Virus record (IMG/VR): IMGVR_UViG_648276660_000003
Span: 1 to 24,276 of that record
Reading direction: 5' to 3' (one strand)
Source of the DNA: a virus
Taxonomy: Duplodnaviria; Heunggongvirae; Uroviricota; Caudoviricetes
Length of the DNA stretch: 24,276 bases
Part shown: piece by piece, positions 17,487-24,276 of the stretch
Layout of the letters: every line of letters begins with the position of its first letter
Numbering within the stretch: the stretch's first letter is position 1
Notes under the pieces: model-generated
Seen by the model: the letters and a program-made list of their open reading frames with translations, nothing else
What the model was told of the DNA's origin: nothing
Database searches by the model: none
Translations under genes and position numbers: made by a program

Positions 17487-17923
17487 TTTCCGAATAGAGT
17501 GCTCATCGGTGATGTTTCAATCTGGATTGCGCCGCCGTCTTTGCCTGTTAGCTCGTGATCAACCTTGTCGCGCCATTTATCCTTCTGTCGGTTCTTAAGC
17601 CAGAAAATGGCAGCAGTTGTATCAGGCGGGTAATACTTCTCAAGCGGAGTTTCGACAATTCTGTTTTCAATAACACGAATATCGATATCTGGAGCCACGA
17701 AGCCCATAGCGCGTTGATAAAGACGATCACTAACTTCTGCATCAGCGACGGCCTTACCCTTTTTTATGGACTCCGAAAACTTAGGATAATCAAGCTTCCA
17801 CTTGTTAATAGTTGACTCACTGACTTCAAAGAAATCAGCAAGTTCTGCATCGGTGTAGCCCAGCAAGCACAGTTTGCGTGCCTGTTCGGCATACGCCTCT
17901 TGATACTTTGTTGGGCGCGCCAT
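17483..17923 (-). CDS. terminase small subunit (146 aa)
   Basis: Immediately upstream of, and overlapping, the large terminase gene. The N-terminal region YTDAELADFFEVSESTINKWK resembles a helix-turn-helix. Confidence 0.75.
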   Translation of the reverse strand: MARPTKYQEAYAEQARKLCLLGYTDAELADFFEVSESTINKWKLDYPKFSESIKKGKAVADAEVSDRLYQRAMGFVAPDIDIRVIENRIVETPLEKYYPPDTTAAIFWLKNRQKDKWRDKVDHELTGKDGGAIQIETSPMSTLFGK

Positions 17924-17925
17924 GT

Positions 17926-18168
17926 TTATGCTCCGGTGGTGAACAGGTCTAACGCTTCCTTCGATTTACGCACCGCTTCGAATGTGCGGATCGTGATATC
18001 CGAATTAGCACCGCCTGACTGGAAGTGAATTTTGAATAGCTCAAGCTTCAGCTCGTCAGTGCCGATGAATTGAAATGCTTCTTCTGCGGCTGCGTTCTGG
18101 TTCATGACCAGCTTGTAAATCTCTAACTGGAATTTCTGTTCTTCAGTCATGGGAATAATCTCTGCCAT
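17926..18168 (-). CDS. hypothetical 80-aa protein upstream of small terminase
   Basis: ORF track. GGAG lies 9 nt upstream of the ATG. Function unknown. Confidence 0.5.
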   Translation of the reverse strand: MAEIIPMTEEQKFQLEIYKLVMNQNAAAEEAFQFIGTDELKLELFKIHFQSGGANSDITIRTFEAVRKSKEALDLFTTGA

Positions 18169-18520
18169 TGTTGGCTCCGTTTATCCGTTAAAAGGGATAT
18201 CAGTTAAGTTATCCCGTGTAGGGTATAAGCCATTGTCGAGACCACTCATTGAATGGCCTCTGCAATAACCGATGTCTTTCCATCAGTCCGCCACCACAAA
18301 GAATCTTTTTTGCCATAAGGCTGGAGGTTCATCTTTCAGTGGCTGCCAGTGTTATTTCCCCACTTTCTGGCTTGGGTTGTTTCGCTGTACTGCCGCAACT
18401 GGTGGTGCACAGATTTAGTTAAATCTGTTCTCGCCTGAACTATCTTTTACATACCCGGATTGTGGGGATGTAAATCACGGTTTCATTATCAAGCCCACCC
18501 GTAGATGAGCTTTGGAATGG

Positions 18521-19039
18521 TCACTTTGGCAGTCCGGGGATCGATATTTGCGCCTGCTGCTCAAGCCTTTCGATTCTTGCTATGAGTTGCGGTTTTTTGA
18601 TCCTGCCCCAGCGGTTCAGCAAGCGTCCTGACATACTGGCAACATCCTTTTCCTTCATGAACTCCAGCATTAACTCGTTGTGCTCTCTTTGGTATGAGTG
18701 AGCCATCTCCATCAGCCTGTCACGCATCCAATTAAATGCTTTGATAAACGCCTCTTTGATGGCGGCAGCTTTTTTGCCGGTAAACGACATGATGATGTAC
18801 ATCGCGCCGTCTTTGGAAATTTCATATTCAACATACTGATTACCCTTGTGTTCATAGGTAACCCGCGAAAAGTTGCTGGTTAGAAATTCATCCGAACAGT
18901 CTAGCTTTTCGATTTTCTGAATGATGTGGTGATGCTGCTTGTCGAAGTAAGCTGCTACCTTGCGGGAGGTTGTGATCACGCGATCACCAGAAACAACCAC
19001 CATGTCCCGGAAATCGAGATTAGCCAATTGATGATTCAT
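18521..19039 (-). CDS. rha: Rha family phage regulatory protein
   Basis: The N-terminal domain MNHQLANLDFRDMVVVSGDRVITTSRKVAAYFDKQHHHIIQKIEKL... is typical of the Rha family. It lies between the lysis and terminase genes, as in P22. The start is trimmed to an ATG; the track's upstream start is a GTG. Confidence 0.75.
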   Translation of the reverse strand: MNHQLANLDFRDMVVVSGDRVITTSRKVAAYFDKQHHHIIQKIEKLDCSDEFLTSNFSRVTYEHKGNQYVEYEISKDGAMYIIMSFTGKKAAAIKEAFIKAFNWMRDRLMEMAHSYQREHNELMLEFMKEKDVASMSGRLLNRWGRIKKPQLIARIERLEQQAQISIPGLPK

Positions 19040-19180
19040 AGCGTCTTTACCTTTTAGAAAGTGAGCCTGTCTCACAGAAAAGCCGCCCGAGAGAGGTCGC
19101 CACCTATAACGGCATTTCTCAGGCTCGCTTACTGAAAGGCTCTCGTTAATATGCGCGTGAGATGCGCTGTGAAATTCAGA

Positions 19181-19207
19181 TATAAAAAGCCCCGCGAATG
19201 CGAGGCT
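19181..19207 (-). terminator. rho-independent terminator downstream of Rz/Rz1
   Basis: Minus strand: AGCCUCGC, loop AUUC, GCGGGGCU (8-bp stem with one G-U pair), followed by UUUUUAUAU. Confidence 0.55.
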
Positions 19208-19380
19208 AAATCCTGGTATTTGTAATGACTGGCTCTTATCTCAACGCAGCCCCTTACCGCGCGCCAGATGCTCAATATCAAGCATCAGCAATGAGATGTT
19301 TAATCTGGATTCACTCCAGAAGTGATCATCACCCTGTCTACAGAGCCAGATGTGAAGGATGATGAGTAAAATTATCGCTA

Positions 19381-19848
19381 TCATCGAAGGCATTGCGTCC
19401 TGATGTATTCCTGAAGCGTTCTCAGTGCTGTTTGGTCGCGGATAATTCCGTCCCGGACACCGAGAACGTTTCGTCCAGCAACTGGAGAGAGTTCGACGGT
19501 GGCATCATTGCCCATGCCGGAGGCGCCGGAGGTTTCGGCTGAGGATGGCACAGGGCATTTTCCTTTGACGAGCACCCTGCCACCATTATCAAGCTTGCGC
19601 CGAAGAGCATCATTTTCAGCTTTCGCATCAGCTAACTCCTTCGTGTATTTAGCATCAAGTGCATCAGCATCACGCTGGCGCTGCTGCATGTCAGTAATGG
19701 TGGCAGTCGCCTGCTTCAGCTCACTGACTTTTTTATCGCGCTGCTCTTTGTAGGTAATGGCGTTATCACGGTAATGATTAACAGCCCATGACAGGCAGAC
19801 GATGATGCAGATAATCAGAGCGGAGATAATCGCGGTTACTCTGCTCAT
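19381..19848 (-). CDS. Rz: i-spanin Rz (155 aa)
   Basis: The N-terminal roughly 85 aa, [34 protein letters not shown]...[18 protein letters not shown], match lambda Rz as I remember it. The C-terminal half diverges. Confidence 0.9.
   Translation of the reverse strand: MSRVTAIISALIICIIVCLSWAVNHYRDNAITYKEQRDKKVSELKQATATITDMQQRQRDADALDAKYTKELADAKAENDALRRKLDNGGRVLVKGKCPVPSSAETSGASGMGNDATVELSPVAGRNVLGVRDGIIRDQTALRTLQEYIRTQCLR
19422..19628 (-). CDS. Rz1: o-spanin Rz1, embedded in Rz in the +1 frame
   Basis: [19 protein letters not shown] has a lipobox, followed by the Pro-rich [13 protein letters not shown]. It is fully nested inside Rz, as in lambda. Confidence 0.8.
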   Translation of the reverse strand: MRKLKMMLFGASLIMVAGCSSKENALCHPQPKPPAPPAWAMMPPSNSLQLLDETFSVSGTELSATKQH

Positions 19849-20321
19849 ACCTCAATCTCTCTGACCGTTCCGCCTGCTTCTTTGAATTTTGCAATCAGGC
19901 TGTCAGCCTTATGCTCGAACTGACCATAACCAGCGCCCGGCAGTGAAGCCCAGATATTGCTGCAACGGTCGATTGCCTGACGAATATCACCGCGATCAAT
20001 CATAGGTAAAGCGCCACGCTCTTTAATCTGTTGCAGTGCCACAGCGTCCTGGCTTTTCGGAGAGAAGTCTTTCAGGCCAAGTTGCTTGCGGTAGGCATCC
20101 CACCAACGGGAAAGAAGCTGATAGCGCCCGGCTGCTGTTGATTTGAGTTTTGGGTTTAGCGTGACAAGTTTGCGAGGATGATCGGAGTAATCAGTGAATA
20201 GCTCTCCGCCTACAATGACGTCATAACCATGATTTCTGGTTTTCTGACGTCCGTTATCAGTTCCCTCTGACCACGCCAGCATATCGAGGAACGCCTTACG
20301 TTGATTATTGATTTCCACCAT
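19845..20321 (-). CDS. R: endolysin R (lytic transglycosylase), 158 aa
   Basis: [62 protein letters not shown]... is essentially identical to lambda R as I remember it. Confidence 0.95.
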   Translation of the reverse strand: MVEINNQRKAFLDMLAWSEGTDNGRQKTRNHGYDVIVGGELFTDYSDHPRKLVTLNPKLKSTAAGRYQLLSRWWDAYRKQLGLKDFSPKSQDAVALQQIKERGALPMIDRGDIRQAIDRCSNIWASLPGAGYGQFEHKADSLIAKFKEAGGTVREIEV

Positions 20322-20628
20322 CTTCTACTCCGGCTTTTTTAGCAGCGAAGCGTTTGATAAGCGAACCAATCGAGTCAGTACCGATGTAGCCGATGAACAC
20401 GCTAGTTATATAAGCGAGATTGCTACTTAGTCCGGCGAAGTCGAGAAGGTCACGAATGAACCAGGCGATAATGGCGCACATCGTTGCGTCGATTACTGTT
20501 TTTGTAAACGCACCGCCATTATACCTGCCGCGAAGGTACGCCATTGCAAACGCAAGGATTGCCCCGATGCCTTGTTCCTTTGCCGCGAGAATGGCGGCTA
20601 ACAGGTCATGTTTTTCTGGCATCTTCAT
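20305..20628 (-). CDS. S: holin/antiholin S (107 aa, dual-start MKM)
   Basis: [62 protein letters not shown]... is near-identical to lambda S. The Met-Lys-Met dual start is intact. Confidence 0.95.
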   Translation of the reverse strand: MKMPEKHDLLAAILAAKEQGIGAILAFAMAYLRGRYNGGAFTKTVIDATMCAIIAWFIRDLLDFAGLSSNLAYITSVFIGYIGTDSIGSLIKRFAAKKAGVEDGGNQ

Positions 20629-21023
20629 GTCTTACCCCCAATAAGGGGATTTGCTCTATTTAATTAGGAATAAGGTCGATTACTGATAGAACAAATCCAG
20701 GCTACTGTGTTTAGTAATCAGATTTGTTCGTGACCGATATGCACTGGCAAAACGGCAGGAGGTTGTTAGCGCGACCTCCTGCCACCCGCTTTCACGAAGG
20801 TCATGTGTAGAAGGCCGCAGCGTAACTATCACTGATGAATTCAGGATAGCCAGTGGCTACGGCTCAGTTTGGGTTGTGCTGTTGCTGGGCGGCGATGACG
20901 CCTGTACGCATTTGGTGATCCGGTTCTGCTTCCGGCATTCGCTTAATTCAGCACAACGGAAAGAGCACTCGGTGCATTTAAGCCAAGCCCCATAAGGGAG
21001 AATGCTCTTACCTGTTACACAGA

Positions 21024-21090
21024 TATAAAAAATCCCGAAACCGTTATGCAGGCTCTAACTATTACCTGCGAACTGTTTCGGGATTGCATT
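21024..21090 (-). terminator. tR'-like terminator of the PR' leader (6S RNA)
   Basis: Minus strand: GCAATCCCGAAACAGTTCGCAGGTAATAGTTAGAGCCTGCATAACGGTTTCGGGATTTTTTATATCT. This matches the lambda tR' region as I remember it. Confidence 0.6.
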
Positions 21091-21218
21091 TTACAGACCT
21101 CTCAGCCTGCGATGGTTGGAGTTCCAGACGATACGTCGAAGTGACCAACTAGGCGGAATCGGTAGTAAGCGCCGCCTCTTTTTATCTCACTACCACAACG
21201 AGCGAATTAACCCATCGT
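21027..21218 (-). ncRNA. PR' leader transcript (lambda 6S RNA-like, about 190 nt) carrying the qut region
   Basis: Interval between the inferred PR' start and the tR' T-run. The length agrees with the lambda 6S RNA of about 194 nt. Inferred from lambda, not measured. Confidence 0.5.
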
Positions 21219-21219
21219 T

Positions 21220-21254
21220 GGGTCAAATTTACCCAACTTTATTCAAAAAGTCAA
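21220..21254 (-). promoter_or_regulatory. late promoter PR' with the Q-utilisation (qut) site
   Basis: Minus strand: -35 TTGACT (21254..21249), 17-bp spacer, -10 TAAATT (21231..21226). The surrounding sequence is near-identical to lambda PR' as I remember it. Confidence 0.65.
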
Positions 21255-21296
21255 TATCATGCCGTTAATATGTTGCCATCCGTGGCAATCATGCTG

Positions 21297-21920
21297 CTAA
21301 CGTGTGACCGCATTCAAAATGTTGTCTGCGATTGACTCTTCTTTGTGGCATTGCACCACCAGAGCGTCATACAGCGGCTTAACAGTGCGTGACCAGGTGG
21401 GTTGGGTAAGGTTTGGGATTAGCATCGTTACAGCGCGATATGCGGCGCTTGCTGGCATTCTTGAATAGCCGACACCTTTGCATCTTCCGCACTCTTTCTC
21501 AACAACTCTCCCCCACTGCTCCGTTTTGGCTATATCAACCGCACGGCCTGTACCGTGGCAATCTCTGCATCTTGCGCCCGGCGTCGCGGCACTACGGCAA
21601 TAATCCGCATAAGCGAATGTTGCGAGCACTTGCAGTACCTTTGCCTTAGTATTTCCTTCCAGCTTTGCCACACCACGGTATTTCCCCGATACCTTGTGTG
21701 CAAATTGCATCAGATAGTTGATAGCCTTTTGTTTGTCGTTCTGGCTGAGTTCGTGCTTACCACAGAATGCAGCCATTCCGAATCCGGCCTGTGATTGTGC
21801 CATCCCCATAGCAGCCATCACATCAGTACCGGAAAGAGAGTCAGAAGCCGTAGCCCGTGGTGAGTCGCTCATCATCGGGCTTTTTGGCGAATGAAATTTA
21901 GCTACGCTTTCGAGTCTCAT
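21297..21920 (-). CDS. Q: late antiterminator Q (207 aa)
   Basis: MRLESVAKFHSPKSPMMSDSPRATASDSLSGTDVMAAMGMAQSQAGFGMAAFCGKHELSQNDKQKAINYLMQFAHK... is near-identical to lambda Q, with the same length. Confidence 0.95.
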   Translation of the reverse strand: MRLESVAKFHSPKSPMMSDSPRATASDSLSGTDVMAAMGMAQSQAGFGMAAFCGKHELSQNDKQKAINYLMQFAHKVSGKYRGVAKLEGNTKAKVLQVLATFAYADYCRSAATPGARCRDCHGTGRAVDIAKTEQWGRVVEKECGRCKGVGYSRMPASAAYRAVTMLIPNLTQPTWSRTVKPLYDALVVQCHKEESIADNILNAVTR

Positions 21921-22105
21921 GGTCTTCCCCTCTTGCCCTGTTTGACCATCAGGACGCCGTTAACTATTACGTGACGCTCGCCTTTGCTGTCTCGGTTGTA
22001 CTTGAGCACTGTTCCTCTTGCGCAGGAAAGCATCCTCGCCACTTCGGTCTGATTGCCTCGTGTCTGGATAAGAAGCTCTGGTATCGTTTGAATTGTGGCG
22101 TTCAT
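21917..22105 (-). CDS. ninH: NinH-like protein (62 aa)
   Basis: ...TIPELLIQTRGNQTEVARMLSCARGTVLKYNRDSKGERHVIVNGVLMV... resembles lambda NinH. It lies immediately upstream of Q and overlaps it by 4 nt. Confidence 0.7.
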   Translation of the reverse strand: MNATIQTIPELLIQTRGNQTEVARMLSCARGTVLKYNRDSKGERHVIVNGVLMVKQGKRGRP

Positions 22106-22464
22106 GCGTTCTCCAGTTCGGTGATTTTTATTCCAAGCCGTCCGCCTGGTACTTTCACACCACGAATTACGCGAATGTCATCGAATTGCTCGTCGTCTTC
22201 CGCAAATCCGGCGTGGATAAGGGAATCGAGTAAACCTTTCAGGATGTTATCGAGGTCGCGGCGGCGGGAGTCTGGAACGTCTGCGATGACTTTGATGCGG
22301 AGTCGTGATTTGGTGAAAATGTCTAACTTGAGTTGGCGGATGATTTGCTGAACGTCTTTTCGGTATTTCTGGCCTTTATCGCTGATGTAGTATTGGCTTC
22401 CCCGTCTTCGCCAGTAGGTGTTCACCGACGGCGGGTATGGAAGCACAAACTGATATTCGTTCAT
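22102..22464 (-). CDS. rusA: RusA-family Holliday-junction resolvase (120 aa)
   Basis: Length 120 aa. The motifs YPPSVNTYWRRRG and DVPDSRRRDLDNILK parallel E. coli RusA as I remember it. Confidence 0.85.
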   Translation of the reverse strand: MNEYQFVLPYPPSVNTYWRRRGSQYYISDKGQKYRKDVQQIIRQLKLDIFTKSRLRIKVIADVPDSRRRDLDNILKGLLDSLIHAGFAEDDEQFDDIRVIRGVKVPGGRLGIKITELENA

Positions 22465-22751
22465 GGCTTAATCTTCCCCTCCTTCAGCAGTATCGCCTGC
22501 GTCCTGATCACGCCTTCCAGGTGGTAAAGTCTGGCGTCTTTGTTGTCGAGGTTATGGGTGCGTCGGTCGATTTCATCGTGACACGCGCTACAAGCCCATG
22601 CGCCGATCAGGTCGTCAGGTTTCATTCCCGTTCCGCAAATTCCAGCCATCCGGTAATGTGCCAGAACTGTAGTTTCAGGATTGCCATTGCATACGCCGTA
22701 AATACGTACCTGACATTCTCTGCCGCGTGCTTCTTTGCGTAGATTGGCCAT
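22461..22751 (-). CDS. ybcO: YbcO-like (DUF1364) protein, 96 aa, Cys-rich
   Basis: 96 aa with the Cys pattern CQVRIYGVCNG...CSACHDE. It sits next to rusA, as ybcO does in the DLP12 prophage (from memory). Confidence 0.6.
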   Translation of the reverse strand: MANLRKEARGRECQVRIYGVCNGNPETTVLAHYRMAGICGTGMKPDDLIGAWACSACHDEIDRRTHNLDNKDARLYHLEGVIRTQAILLKEGKIKP

Positions 22752-23473
22752 TAAGCAGCCTCCCCTGTTACTTTCAGCATTCCGTTATCGAGCAGCTTTC
22801 TGGTCAGCCACTGTTGACCACGCCCGGTGATTTTTGTGGTGAACGATATCTGTATTCCGTGATTTGTGTTGAGCGCTGTTTCTTTCACTGTGAAATAGCC
22901 GCGATCCATATATTCCTGCATTGGCACATTGCGCCGGGAACCTGAAGCAATAAGGATTTTGTGATCGCGCATCCACGCAAACAGTTTGTTTGGACCAATA
23001 CCGACAACCTTTGCAAAGTTTCCAATCAAAATTCCGCTGGCCTCGCCAACGCGATCGGCAAACTCAACTTTAGGTGCGGCAATTGCGAGCTGGTTTTCCA
23101 GTTGCATTTTCTGCTCAGCAAGATCAGCAGCAAGGCGCAACGCTTCTGGTAGCGTTTTGGGGATATTAACCGCAGCTTCTTCAAGCTCTCGCCAGCGGTC
23201 AACAAGGCGAGCGGTGAATTCCGGCGACAACTGGGCAACAACGACAATACTGTCTCGCTTACCTTGTTCGCCTTCGAAGACGTAATGCTCGTACTGAACA
23301 TTGAACCCTAAGTTATTGATTCTTTCGGAAACCTCAATTTGAGGAAGCCGGATAACACCATTTTTAGCCAGCGTTTCGATGGTACGTTTCACATTGTCAT
23401 GACGCTTACCCACCAACTCAGCGATTTCAATGCTTGTCATTTTGATGGCATTGCCATTTATTAACTCATTCAT
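22751..23473 (-). CDS. Rha-domain / KilAC-domain antirepressor-like protein (240 aa)
   Basis: The N-terminus MTSIEIAELVGKRHDNVKRTIETL is Rha-like. The C-terminus FAKVVGIGPNKLFAWMRDHKIL is KilAC-like. Confidence 0.7.
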   Translation of the reverse strand: MNELINGNAIKMTSIEIAELVGKRHDNVKRTIETLAKNGVIRLPQIEVSERINNLGFNVQYEHYVFEGEQGKRDSIVVVAQLSPEFTARLVDRWRELEEAAVNIPKTLPEALRLAADLAEQKMQLENQLAIAAPKVEFADRVGEASGILIGNFAKVVGIGPNKLFAWMRDHKILIASGSRRNVPMQEYMDRGYFTVKETALNTNHGIQISFTTKITGRGQQWLTRKLLDNGMLKVTGEAA

Positions 23474-23642
23474 CGTCTTCTTCCTCGTACATTGAGCTAT
23501 TCGGATCGCTCATCAGTTCTGCGCAGCAATCGGAGCACACGTGAACTTCCAGCACATGCAGCTTCTGACCGCAGTTAGCGCACGTTAAAGCCCGCTCGAC
23601 GCTTTCTTTCTGGTATTGAAGGGATTGGGATGGGCTAAGCAT
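23466..23642 (-). CDS. ninF: NinF-like protein (58 aa); below the 60-aa cutoff of the ORF track
   Basis: Manual translation: MLSPSQSLQYQKESVERALTCANCGQKLHVLEVHVCSDCCAELMSDPNSSMYEEEDDE. The ...ESVERALTCANCGQKLHVLEVHVC... core matches lambda NinF as I remember it. Confidence 0.7.
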   Translation of the reverse strand: MLSPSQSLQYQKESVERALTCANCGQKLHVLEVHVCSDCCAELMSDPNSSMYEEEDDE

Positions 23643-24018
23643 TATTGGCGTCCTGCATCATGAGAAAGACAATCATGGCAGCACGGAGTGGATTGTCATA
23701 TGCAACACCAACATTCGGTCCGGCATCATCAAACAAGTCCCTTGCGTTGTCTGTAGCGCACGGCATTGAGGGATTGTCTAAAATTATGCTGATGTTGTTT
23801 TCAGTGATAATCGGCCATGCGTCTGCTGGGTTTACGCATGGGTTAAAGGATCCGCGCTCAACTTCTACTTCAACTGCGTCTCCGTTTACAATGTCTCCCT
23901 CAAATGAGACAAACACCATATCGCCATTCTCACCTTCTTTGTAATCCGGTGATCCGTTATGAATGGCTTCGAATACCGCCACGTTAATTTCAAAATCACT
24001 TAACTGTGAATAATCCAT
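23635..24018 (-). CDS. hypothetical acidic protein (127 aa), NinX-like by position
   Basis: ORF track, trimmed to the ATG at 24018 with GAGGAA 7 nt upstream. It lies between ninE and ninF, where P22 carries ninX. Sequence not independently recognised. Confidence 0.5.
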   Translation of the reverse strand: MDYSQLSDFEINVAVFEAIHNGSPDYKEGENGDMVFVSFEGDIVNGDAVEVEVERGSFNPCVNPADAWPIITENNISIILDNPSMPCATDNARDLFDDAGPNVGVAYDNPLRAAMIVFLMMQDANNA

Positions 24019-24020
24019 TG

Positions 24021-24197
24021 TCATTTCCTCGCACGATATCTTAGCCACCGGATATCCCACAGGTGAGCTGTGTAATTGAAGGTTTTTACGTCAGATTCTT
24101 TTGGGATTGGCTTGCGTTTATTTCTGGAGCGTTTCGTTGGAAGGTATTTGCAGTTTTCGCAGATTATGTCGGTGATGCTTCGTCGCTGTCGTCTCAT
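24021..24197 (-). CDS. ninE: NinE-like protein (58 aa)
   Basis: [52 protein letters not shown]... matches lambda NinE as I remember it. In-frame upstream ATGs at 24215 and 24257 are alternative starts. Confidence 0.6.
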   Translation of the reverse strand: MRRQRRSITDIICENCKYLPTKRSRNKRKPIPKESDVKTFNYTAHLWDIRWLRYRARK

Positions 24198-24276
24198 GCC
24201 GCCCTGTCTCCCCATCTTGCTTTCCACTCCAGAGCCAGTCGAGCTTCGTCTGACCACTTAACGCCACGCTCTGTAC

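Noticed and set aside
18169-18520. Possible tRNA or cos site in the ORF-free spacer
   Set aside because: I could not fold a cloverleaf with the right arms. The terminase genes are P22/Sf6 headful type, so a lambda cos site is not expected.
20751-20789. Strong 10-bp hairpin (GGCAGGAGGT...ACCTCCTGCC followed by GTTTT on the minus strand) upstream of S, considered as a novel terminator
   Set aside because: The same sequence is present in lambda between tR' and S as far as I remember, so it is part of the conserved lambda late leader and not a new element.
19381-21920. Possibility that this segment is simply phage lambda
   Set aside because: Only Q through R are lambda-identical. The flanking nin genes, rha, terminase, head, tail and immI genes are P22/Sf6-type.
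21413-22351. Plus-strand ORFs 21413..21649, 21555..21794 and 21971..22351 overlapping Q, ninH and rusA
   Set aside because: They are antisense to genes with near-identical matches to lambda Q and RusA.
1-24276. CRISPR arrays, IS elements, integrase or att sites
   Set aside because: I found no regularly spaced direct repeats, no transposase-like ORF and no integrase-like ORF in this window. The integration module is presumably outside it.

Overview
The window reads as about 24 kb of the late region of a mosaic lambdoid, P22-like temperate phage or prophage of an enterobacterium, with almost all genes on the minus strand. All calls come from reading the ORF translations and motifs against remembered protein sequences; no database search was run. 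In minus-strand order (high to low coordinates): nin region (NinE, NinX-like, NinF, Rha/KilAC antirepressor, YbcO-like, RusA, NinH); lambda-type Q, PR'/6S leader/tR', and S-R-Rz/Rz1 lysis cassette; Rha and an 80-aa ORF; small and large terminase, portal, scaffold and coat with Sf6-like lengths; P22-like gp4, gp10, gp26 needle, gp14 and ejection proteins gp7/gp20/gp16; an accessory island of small ORFs; a P22-type immI region (mnt, Pmnt/Pant with Oarc and Omnt, arc, extra ORF, ant); and the 5' part of a tailspike gene. The best candidate for something undescribed is the AT-rich island at 2652-4467, which sits where P22 carries sieA and holds six small ORFs, including an HExxH-motif protein divergent from a secreted protein and a self-contained small-protein unit. 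I saw no tRNA, rRNA, CRISPR array, IS element or att site.
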